A DNA stretch of 64,000 bases from Octopus sinensis (lineage: Eukaryota). The stretch is taken from contig NC_043014.1 in NCBI RefSeq assembly GCF_006345805.1, forward strand, positions 7,254,001 through 7,318,000. The letters run 5' to 3'. Below the pieces are notes generated by a model. The model was not told the DNA's origin, ran no database searches, and was given only the letters and a program-made list of their open reading frames with translations. Below are positions 39,901 through 51,600 of this stretch, in pieces; the first letter of the stretch is position 1; each line of letters starts with the position of its first letter. The position numbers and the translations under genes are program-made.

Positions 39901-42900
39901 CCCCGTGCCGGTGGCATGTAAAAAGCACCATCCGATCATGGTCGTTGCCAGCCTCGCCTGGCCCCCGTGCCGGTGGCACGTAAAAAGCACCATCCGTCCG
40001 TGGCCGTTTGCCAGCTCCGTCTGGCACCTGTGTGGGTGGCACGTAAAAAGCACCCACTACACTCATGGAGTGGTTGGCGTTAGGGAGGGCATCCAGCTGT
40101 AGAAACACTGCCAGATCAGACTGGAGCCTGGTGCAGCCTTTTGGCTTCCCAGACCCCAGTTGAACCGTCCAACCCATGCTAGCATGGAAAGTGGGCCCTA
40201 AACGATGATGATGATGATGATGATGATGATGTACTTGACTCAATAGGTCTCCTCAAGCACAGTGTGTATATATATATATCATCATCATCCTTTAACGTCC
40301 GCTTTCCATGCTAGCATGGGTTGGACGATTTGACTGAGGACTGGTGAACCAGATGGCTGCGCCAGACTCCAATCTGATCCGGCAGAGCTTTCAGAGCCAG
40401 ATGCCCTTCCTAACGCCAACCACAGGATTAAACCAACAAACATCCACTTGAGCCGTGACTCTTACCAGCACATGGCCACTTGAGCCAATGTATGTCCACT
40501 GAAAACAATACAAGCACAGTTAATCCAACACATGCCCATCCAAAGGCACACGTGTACAGGTAAACATCCCCAGGTCCAGCTACAATAATACTCCACTGTG
40601 GCCCCAGACAAGTTTTCTGTACCCCCTCAGTGCATTTTAGAGAAACAACTCTGCCTAACCACATCTAAATTCAAGATAAAACAAATGATGAAAATTAAAA
40701 TAAAAAGACAAAAAAAAAAGCCTTACCCAAAGGTTTCTTGTTGGCCAGATCACAAAAGTGGGTGGCCATGCCGAGTGTAAGACTGACCAAATCACTATGG
40801 ACAGCAACAGACTTCTTTTGGCCTTGCCAGATCTCCAAGATCCTCCCAAAGAAGTGACTGGCTGACTTTACATGGAGGACCATAATCTGAAAGGTAAATA
40901 TAGAAGAGATAACATGGAGGATTCCACAAGGTGACTCCACATGGGGGACCATAATCGGAAAGGCAAATACCGAAGAAATAACATGGAGGACCATAATCTG
41001 AAAGGCAAACACTGAAGAAATAACATGGAGGATTCCTCATGGAGGATTCCTCATGGAGGATTCCTCATGGAGGACCATAATCTGAAAGGCAAATACTGAA
41101 GAAATAACATGGAGGACCCCTCATGGAGGACCATAATCTGAAAGGCAAATAATGAAGAAATAACATGGAGGATTCCTCATGGAGGATTCCTCATGGAGGA
41201 CCATAATCTGAAAGGCAAATATAGAAGAAATAACATGGAGGACTCCTCATGGATGGCCGTAATCTGAAAGGCAAATAATGAAGAAATAACATGGAGGACC
41301 ATAATCTGAAAGGCAAATATAGAAGAAATAACATGGAGGATTCCTCATGGAGGATTCCTCATGGAGGACCATAATCTGAAAGGCAAATAATGAAGAAATA
41401 ACATGGAGGACCATAATCTGAAAGGCAAATAATGAAGAAATAACATGGAGGACCCCTTATGGAGGACCATAATCTGAAAGGCAAATATAGAAGAAATAAC
41501 ATGGAGGACTCCTCATGGATGGCCGTAATCTGAAAGGCAAATAATGAAGAAATAACATGGAGGACCATAATCTGAAAGGCAAATATAGAAGAAATAACAT
41601 GGAGGACCCCTCATGGAGGACCATAATCTGAAAGGCAAATACATAAGAAGTAACATGGAGGATTCCTCATGGAGGACCATAATCTGAAAGGCAAATATTG
41701 AAGAAATAACATGGAGGACCATAATCTGAAAGGCAAATACTGAAGAAAAACATGGAGGATTCCTCATGGAGGACCATAATCTGAAAGGCAAATATGAAGA
41801 AAAACATGGAGGACCCCTCATGGAGGACCATAATCTGAAAGGCAAATACATAAGAAGTAACATGGAGGATTCCTCATGGAGGACCATAATCTGAAAGGCA
41901 AATATTGAAGAAATAACATGGAGGACCATAATCTGAAAGGCAAATACTGAAGAAATAACATGGAGGATTCCTCATGGAGGACCATAATCTGAAAGGCAAA
42001 TATTGAAGAAATAACATGGAGGACCCCTCATGGAGGACCATAATCTGAAAGGCAAATACTGAAGAAATAACATAGAGGATTCCTCATGGATGGCCATAAT
42101 CTGAAAGGCAAACATAGAAGAAATAACATGGAGGACTCCACATGGAGGACCATAATCTGAAAGGCAAATATTGAAGAAATAACATGGAGGACCCCTCATG
42201 GAGGACCATAATCTGAAAGGCAAATACTGAAGAAATAACATGGAGGATTCCTCATGGAGGACCATAATCTGAAAGGCAAATACTGAAGAAATAACATGGA
42301 AGACTCCTCATGAAAGGGTGTATGTGTGTGTATATGTATGTGTGCATACATGCGTGCGCATGCATGTGTATATGCGTGTGTATACAGAGGCATGTGTGTA
42401 TGTGAGGAGGGTATGTGTATGCATGTGTGTATATGTGTGTGCTTTTTTTTCCTTGTTTTGACATCAAATGGTAGTTATAAACGAACATCACTGCCGTACA
42501 AACTGTGTTATTCATTTCTAATATTCTCCGAGAACATGTTTGGCCATGTGGAGATGTATTACCTCACCAGGAAACAGGCGAGGGTTAGGGACAGGAAAGG
42601 GGTCAAGCCATAGAAAACGTGCCTCAGCAAACTCCATCTGACCATTGCAAGCATGGAAAACTAGACATTAAAACAATGACGATGATGATGATGGTGGTGG
42701 TGGTGGTGGTGGTGGTGGAGGTAATAATGGTGATGTTGGTGATGGTAGTGGTGATGAAGATGATGATGATGATGATGCTCTTGATGGTGGTGGTTGCGGT
42801 CGTGGTGGTGGATAATGATGATGATGATGATGGTTGTAGTGATGGTGAAGATGGTGACGATGATGATGGTGGTGGTGGTGGTGGTGGTGATGGAGGAGGC

Positions 42901-43155
42901 ATTAATGGTGATGTTGGTGATGGTAGTGGTGGTGGTGATGATGATGATGCTCTTGATGGTGGTGGTAGTGGTGATGATGGTGGTTGTGGTTGTGGTGGTG
43001 GATAATGATGATGATGATGATGATGGTTGAGCGAAACTCGCGCTCTCGCCCACGTACAGTGGTGATGATGGTGATGGTAGCAGTGATGGTGATGTTGGTG
43101 ATGGTAGTGATGATGATGATGATGCTCTTGATGAAGGTCGTAGTGGTGATGGTGA

Positions 43156-43189
<34 letters not shown>

Positions 43190-43206
43190 GGTAGTGGTGA
43201 TGATGA

Positions 43207-43245
<39 letters not shown>

Positions 43246-43248
43246 TGA

Positions 43249-43287
<39 letters not shown>

Positions 43288-44748
43288 TGGTGATGATGAT
43301 GATGGTTGTAGTGATGGTGACGATGATGACGGTGGTGGTGGCAGCAGCAACGACGATAGTGGTGGTGGTGATGGTGTTGATGATGATAATTGTGATGATG
43401 ATGATGACGACGACAACGACAATGACATCACTTACCCTCACATCTCCTTGATGAGGCAGCAGGATGTGTTCGTCGCTGCATCCATTCAAATCAACCCCTG
43501 GCAAAACGCTATGGCGCTGGTTGCAGTTGGAATAGCTCCTGAAACAGACAGAAGCACAAGAAATACAGTCGTTGCGGAACAAGAGAAGGAAGAGGTGTAG
43601 GAGAGGCGGACGGTATGGAGTGGCTGGGTGGTAAGTAGCTTGTTTACCAACCCCAAGGTTCCGGGTTCAGTCCCACTGCATCATGGAACCTTGGGCAAGT
43701 GTCTTCTACTATAGCCTCGGGCCGTCCAAAGCCTTGTGAGTGGATTAGGTAGACGGAAACTGAAAGAAGCCTGTCGTATATATGTAAATATATATATATT
43801 TATAGGCGCAGGAGTGGCTGTGTAGTAAGTAGCTTGCTTACCAACCACATGGTTCCGGGTTCAGTCCCACTGCGTGGAACCTTGGGCAAGTGTCTTCTAC
43901 TATAGCCTCGGGCCGTCCAAAGCCTTGTGAGTGGATTAGGTAGACGGAAACTGAAAGAAGCCTGTCGTATATATGTAAATATATATATATTTATAGGCGC
44001 AGGAGTGGCTGTGTAGTAAGTAGCTTGCTTACCAACCACATGGTTCCGGGTTCAGTCCCACTGCGTGGAACCTTGGGCAAGTGTCTTCTACTATAGCCTC
44101 AGGCCGTCCAAAGCCTTGTGAGCGGATTTGAAAGAAGCCCGTCGTATATATGTATATATATATATATGTGTGTGTGTGTATGTTTGTGTGTCTGTGTTTG
44201 TCCCCCTAGCATCGCTTGACAACCGATGCTGGTGTGTTTACATTTCCGTAACTTAGCGGTTCGGCAAAAGAGACGGATAAAATTACATCAGCCCCGGGCC
44301 GACCAATGCCTTGTGAGTGGATTTGGTAGACAGAAACTGAAAGAAGCCCATCATATATATGTGTGTGTGTTGTGTGTGTGTGTGTGTTTGTGTGTCTGTG
44401 TTTGTCCCCCTAGCATTGCTTGACAATTGATGCTGATGTGTTTACATTTCCATCCCTTAGCGGTTCGGCAAAAGAGACCGATAAAATAAGTACTAGGCAT
44501 ACAAAGAATAAGTCCCGGGGTCGATTTGCTCAACTGAAGGCGGTGCTCCAGCATGGCCGCAGTCAAATGACTGAAACAAGTAAAAGAGTAAAAGAGTAAA
44601 GAGTATAAGGAAGGTCCACTGGTCGACCACCCATGCAAATAACCAAAACAAACAAAAATAATGAACCATACCTGCATTTTCCATACATTTTAATGTTATA
44701 ACACAGAGCATTATCTGGGTTCCGTTCGTTCTCCTGGAAAAGAAAATG

Positions 44749-44795
<47 letters not shown>

Positions 44796-44798
44796 GAA

Positions 44799-44834
<36 letters not shown>

Positions 44835-45253
44835 GAAAATGATAATAATAGTCCCTTAGTGGCTGACGATATGTGCATCTCTGATCACGAGCAGAAGTAG
44901 TGGGGGAGCATCATAGCCTTGTGTTGAGAGGGATTCTTTGGGGTTTAAATAATTCACCTCTGGAAACATGGGTGGTTCTTTCAACATCCTTAAACAACCC
45001 TTATTCAGGGACCTTTTGAGCGGGATGGGCTACTCAACCTGAAGAAAATTCTAACTGGGCCCCACCTGCAAGGTCATGTGCTGTTTATCTTGATAAGAGA
45101 TCACCATGTCGCGCACATATGGTTGTGATGCATGTGCCTAGTGTACCCTTATCAGACGGGTAGTCATGATGGGTATATTGGGCTTCGTATATTTTACCCC
45201 AGTGTCACTTTGATGGCATGCACTGCTCTCTCACTCAATAATAATAATCACTC

Positions 45254-45311
<58 letters not shown>

Positions 45312-45631
45312 GTCCTGATGCAGTACCAGGCAGTGGCTCTCATGGCTTTTGATCTTAACTGATTGGAAGTGTTATCATGTACATTGTTTTGTCTTGGTAT
45401 AAAAGATGGGCCACAGCAAATATTCTGCTCAATACCACAGATTTGCTTGTCAGTTGGATGACCTTAACCAGTTGAGCATGTCCCTTAGTGGCTGACGATA
45501 TGTGCATCTCTGATCACGAGCAGAAGTAGTGGGGGAGCATCATAGCCATGTGTTGAGAGGGATTATTTTTGAGGTGTGAATAATTCACCTCTGGAAACAT
45601 GGATGTTTCGATCAACATCCTTAAACAATCC

Positions 45632-45673
<42 letters not shown>

Positions 45674-48600
45674 CTATCACCATCACCACCACCGCGAGTA
45701 GATGGCTTCCAGAGGAGAAGAGTAGAAATTGCCTCGTTTTCAGCTCTACAACAATGTCCAGCAAACTGGACTCTTCTACCTTTCACAAGAGATGACACAG
45801 GTGGTAGTTTCCCATATATTTGCATTTTGGTTGGATGACACTTCCACGAGAGATCTTGAGCTCTCGTAAGGAGGCGAGTGTAGGTTGAAGTACAACAGAA
45901 GGGCAAGAAGAGATGTCTTACCGTAGGAGAGACATGTGGTGACACCTGTTGGAAAACAGAGAGACGATGGTGGTTAAGGTGTGTCAGGATGTACTCCCAG
46001 GTAACAGAAAGGCGAATATAAGAGGAGTCAAGTGAAATCATAGCTGTGGTCGATGCTGGTGCCACATAACCAGCACCCATGCTGGTGGCACACAAAAGGT
46101 ACCCACTTGGAGTGGTTGGCATTTAGGAATGGCATCCAGCCATAGAAACCAGGCTGAATCAGACTGGAACCTGGTACAGCTCTCCGGCTTACTAGTTTTC
46201 GGTCAAACCGTCCGACCCGTGCTAGCATGGGAAATGGAGGTATTATTATTTTTGCCTGTAATTGAAAAAGGTATTATAAAAGGAGAAAGGGGCTCTCTAG
46301 CCCGCTTTTGACCAGGCTCCCGTGGCTTTTATGGGGTTTTTTCCACATGAGACCTTTTCTTTTTTCGAAGCGTCTCCTCTATTGGGAGTTTTGTAAATTG
46401 TTCAATTGTTTCGTTGTTGTAAAGCGGGACTTTTTTCTTTCGAAAAAGGGACAAAACCTTTTGTAAGCTTTCATCCTGTTTTGTCCCTTTGTTTTCTAAT
46501 CATGTTTGTCAGCCCTTGTGGCCAATAAAAAGAATTAATTATTATTATTGTTGTTGTTGTTGTTGTTGTTGTTGTTATTGTGGTGGTGATAATGATGATG
46601 GTGGTGGTGGTGGTGGGGACGGTGGTGATGATGATGGCGATGATGGTGGTGGTGATGATGATGGTGGTGGGGACGGTGGTAATGGTGGTGGTGGTGATGG
46701 CGATGATGGTGGTGGTGATGATGATGGTGATGGCGATGATGGTGATGGTAGTGTTGATGATGATGATAATGATGGTGGTGGTGGTGGTGATGGTGGTGGT
46801 GGTGGTGATGGTGATGATGATGGTGGTGGTGGTGGGGACGGTGGTGATGATGATGGTAATGGTGGTGGTGGTGATGGCGATGATGGTGATGGTGGTGGTG
46901 GTGATGATGATGGTGGTGGGGACGGTGGTGGTGGTGGTGGTGATGGCGATGATGGTGGTGGTGGTGGTAGTGTTGATGATGATGATAATGATGGTGGTGG
47001 TGGTGGTGGTGGCGATGGTGGCGGTGATGGTGGTGGTGATGATGATGGTGGTGGTGGTGATGGTGGTGATGATAATGATGATAGAGAGGATTAGACAAGG
47101 TGAGTGAACCGTTATTGAATTAGTGCAGAATGCCGTAGCAGGATACAGTGTTAGAATAAGAAGAGAATGCAACGGTAGAATGAAGACTTACTTCTTGTAT
47201 TGAAGAGAAAAACTTGATGGTTTCGTCCCTGTGTTGACCGCTGCTGTTGTTCAACAATAAAGACTTCAGACTTTTCACTTTCTTTAAATCCATCTTACTC
47301 ATCAGTATGTAAGATTTACCGAGTCGCAAAGGCACCTGGGAAAATAATTAATATCCTTAAATCTTTCAGTCAAATGACAAAGAAGCCCCTAGATTTACCG
47401 AGTCGCAAAGGCACCTGGGAAAATAATAAATGCCTTAAATCTTTAAGAAAGAAGCCCCTAGATTTACCGAGTCGCAAAGGCACCTGGGAAAATAATTAAT
47501 ATCCTTAAATCTTTCAGTCAAATGACAAAGAAGCCCCTAGATTTACCGAGTCGCAAAGGCACCTGGGAAAATAATAAATGCCTTAAATCTTTAAGAAAGA
47601 AGCCCCTAGATTTACCGAGTCGCAAAGGCACCTGGGAAAATAATAAATGCCTTAAATCTTTAAGAAAGAAGCCCCTAGATTTACCGAGTCACAAAGGCAC
47701 CTGGGAAAATAATAAATGCCTTAAATCTTTCAGTCAAATGACAAAGAAGCCCCTAGATTTACCGAGTCGCAAAGGCACCTGGGAAAATAATAAATGCCTT
47801 AAATCTTTAAGAAAGAAGCCCCTAGATTTACCGAGTCGCAAAGGCACCTGGGAAAATAATTAATATCCTTAAATCTTTCAGTCAAATGACAAAGAAGCCC
47901 CTAGATTTACCGAGTCGCAAAGGCACCTGGGAAAATAATAAAGCCTTAAATCTTTAAGAAAGAAGCCCCTAGATTTACCGAGTCGCAAAGGCACCTGGGA
48001 AAATAATAAATGCCTTAAATCTTTAAGAAAGAAGCCCCTAGATTTACCGAGTCACAAAGGCACCTGGGAAAATAATAAATGCCTTAAATCTTTGAGTCAA
48101 ATGAGAAAAAAGCCCCCAGATTTACCGAGTCGCAAAGGCACCTGGGAAAATAATAAATGCCTTAAATCTCTAAGAAAGAAGCCCCTAGATTTACCGAGTC
48201 ACAAAGGCACCTGGGAAAATAATAAATGCCTTAAATCTTTGAGTCAAATGAGAAAGAAGCCCCCAGATTTACCGAGTCGCAAAGGCACCTGGGAAAATAA
48301 TAAATGCCTTAAATCTTTAAGAAAGAAGCCCCTAGATTTACCAAGTCGCAAAGGCACCAGGGAAAATAATAAATGCCTTAAATCTTTGAGTCAAATGAGA
48401 AAGAAGCCCCTAGACTTACCAAGTCGCAAAGGCACCTGGGAAAATAATTAATGCCTTAAATCTTTGAGTCAAATGAGAAAGAAGCCCCTAGATTTACCGA
48501 GTCGCAAAGGCACCTGGGAAAATAATAAATGCCTTAAATCTTTAAGAAAGAAGCCCCTAGATTTACCGAGTCACAAAGGCACCTGGGAAAATAATAAATG

Positions 48601-51600
48601 CCTTAAATCTTTGAGTCAAATGAGAAAGAAGCCCCTAGATTTACCATGTCGCAAAGGCACCTGGGAAAATAATAAATGCCTTAAATCTTTGAGTCAAATG
48701 GGAAAGAAGCCCCTAGATTTACCGAGTCGCAAGGCCACCTGGGAAAATAATAAATGCCTTAAATCTTTGAGTCAAATGAGAAAGAAGCCCCTAGATTTAC
48801 CGAGTCGCAAAGGCACCTGGGAAAATAATAAATGCCTTAAATCTTTGAGTCAAATGAGAAAGAAGCCCCTAGACTTACCAAGTCGCAAAGGCACCTGGGA
48901 AAATAATAAATGCCTTAAATCTTTGAGTCAAATGAGAAAGAAGCCCCTAGACTTACCAAGTCGCAAAGGCACCTGGGAAAATAATAAATGCCTTAAATCT
49001 TTGAGTCAAATGAGAAAGAAGCCCCTAGACTTACCGAGTCGCAAAGGCACCTGGGAAAATAATAAATGCCTTAAATCTTTGAGTCAAATGAGAAAGAAGC
49101 CCCTAGATTTACCGAGTTGCAAAGGCACCTGGGAAAATAATTAATGCCTTAAATCTTTGAGACAAATGAGAAAGAAGCCCCTAGATTTACCGAGTCGCAA
49201 AGGCACCTGGGAAATTAATAAGTGCCTTAAATCTTTGAGTCAAATGAGAAAGAAGCCCCCAGATTTACCGAGTCACAAAGGCACCTGGGAAAATAATTAA
49301 TATCCTTAAATCTTTAAGAAAGAAGCCCCTAGATTTACCGAGTCGCAAAGGCACCTGGGAAAATAATAAATGCCTTAAATCTTTAAGAAAGAAGCCCCTA
49401 GATTTACCGAGTCACAAAGGCACCTGGGAAAGTAATAAATGCCTTAAATCTTTAAGAAAGAAGCCCCTAGATTTACCGAGTCACAAAGGCACCTGGGAAA
49501 ATAATAAATGCCTTAAATCTTTGAGTCAAATGAGAAAGAAGCCCCTAGATTTACCATGTCGCAAAGGCACCTGGGAAAATAATAAATGCCTTAAATCTTT
49601 GAGTCAAATGGGAAAGAAGCCCCTAGATTTACCGAATCGCAAAGGCACCAGGGAAAATAATAAATGCCTTAAATCTTTGAGTCAAATGAGAAAGAAGCCC
49701 CTAGAGTTACCAAATCGCAAAGGCACCTGGGAAAATAATAAATGCCTTAAATCTTTAAGAAAGAAGCCCCTAGATTTACCGAGTCACAAAGGCACCTGGG
49801 AAAGTAATAAATGCCTTAAATCTTTAAGAAAGAAGCCCCTAGATTTACCGAGTCACAAAGGCACCTGGGAAAATAATAAATGCCTTAAATCTTTGAGTCA
49901 AATGAGAAAGAAGCCCCTAGATTTACCATGTCGCAAAGGCACCTGGGAAAATAATAAATGCCTTAAATCTTTGAGTCAAATGGGAAAGAAGCCCCTAGAT
50001 TTACCGAATCGCAAAGGCACCAGGGAAAATAATAAATACCTTAAATCTTTGAGTCAAATGAGAAAGAAGCCCCTAGATTTACAGAGTCGCAAAGGCACCT
50101 GGGAAAATAATAAATGCCTTAAATCTTTGAGTCAAATGAGAAAGAAGCCCCTAGATTTACCGAGTCGCAAAGGCACCTGGGAAAATAATAAATGCCTTAA
50201 ATCTTTGAGTCAAATGAGAAAGAAGCCCCTAGATTTACCAAATCGCAAAGGCTCCTGGGAAAATAATTAATGCCTTAAATCTTTGAGTCAAATGAGAAAG
50301 AAGCCCCTAGATTTACCGAGTCGCAAGGCCACCTGGGAAAATAATAAATGCCTTAAATCTTTGAGTCAAATGAGAAAGAAGCCCCTAGATTTACCGAATC
50401 GCAAAGGCACCTGGGAAAATAATAAATGCCTTAAATCTTTGAGTCAAATGAGAAAGAAGCCCCTAGATTTACCGAGTCGCAAAGGCACCTGGGAAAATAA
50501 TAAATGCCTTAAATCTTTGAGTCAAATGAGAAAGAAGCCCCTAGACTTACCAAGTCGCAAAGGCACCTGGGAAAATAATAAATGCCTTAAATCTTTGAGA
50601 CAAATGAGAAAGAAGCCCCTAGACTTACCAAGTCGCAAAGGCACCTGGGAAAATAATAAATGCCTTAAATCTCTGAGTCAAATGAGAAAGAAGCCCCTAG
50701 ATTTACCGAGTCGCAAAGGCACCTGGGAAAATAATTAATGCCTTAAATCTTTGAGACAAATGAGAAAGAAGCCCCTAGATTTACCATGTCGCAAAGGCAC
50801 CTGGGAAAATAATAAATGCCTTAAATCTTTGAGTCAAATGGAAAGAAGCCCCTAGATTTACCGAATCGCAAGGCACCAGGGAAAATAATAAATGCCTTAA
50901 ATCTTTGAGTCAATGAGAAAGAAGCCCCTAGATTTACCAATCGCAAAGGCACCAGGGAAAATAATAAATGCCTTAAATCTTTAAGAAAGAAGCCCCTAGA
51001 TTTACCGAGTCACAAAGGCACCTGGGAAAATAATAAATGCCTTAAATCTTTGAGTCAAATGAGAAAGAAGCCCCTAGATTTACATGTCGCAAAGGCACCT
51101 GGGAAAATAATAAATGCCTTAAATCTTTGAGTCAAATGAGAAAGAAGCCCCTAGATTTACCGAGTCGCAAGGCCACCTGGGAAAATAATAAATGCCTTAA
51201 ATCTTTGAGTCAAATGGGAAAGAAGCCCCTAGATTTACCGAATCGCAAAGGCACCAGGGAAAATAATAAATGCCTTAAATCTTTGAGTCAAATGAGAAAG
51301 AAGCCCCTAGATTTACCAAATCGCAAAGGCACCTGGGAAAATAATTAATGCCTTAAATCTTTGAGTCAAATGAGAAAGAAGCCCCTAGATTTACCGAGTC
51401 GCAAGGCCACCTGGGAAAATAATAAATGCCTTAAATCTTTGAGTCAAATGAGAAAGAAGCCCCTAGATTTACCGAGTCGCAAAGGCACCCGGGAAAATAA
51501 TAAATGCCTTAAATCTTTGAGTCAAATGAGAAAGAAGCCCCTAGATTTACCGAGTCGCAAAGGCACCTGGGAAAATAATAAATGCCTTAAATCTTTGAGT

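Noticed and set aside
40465-40499. Possible small exon of about 33 nt downstream of W10
   Set aside because: Translation is not Tudor-like; W10-W11-W12 give a continuous Tudor sequence without it.
42619-47107. Long poly-His/Gly/Asp/Thr ORFs (also 27506-28041, 33555-33999, 56015-56803, 58796-59730)
   Set aside because: Stop-free translations of microsatellites. Only the short embedded exons W9 and W17 are credible.
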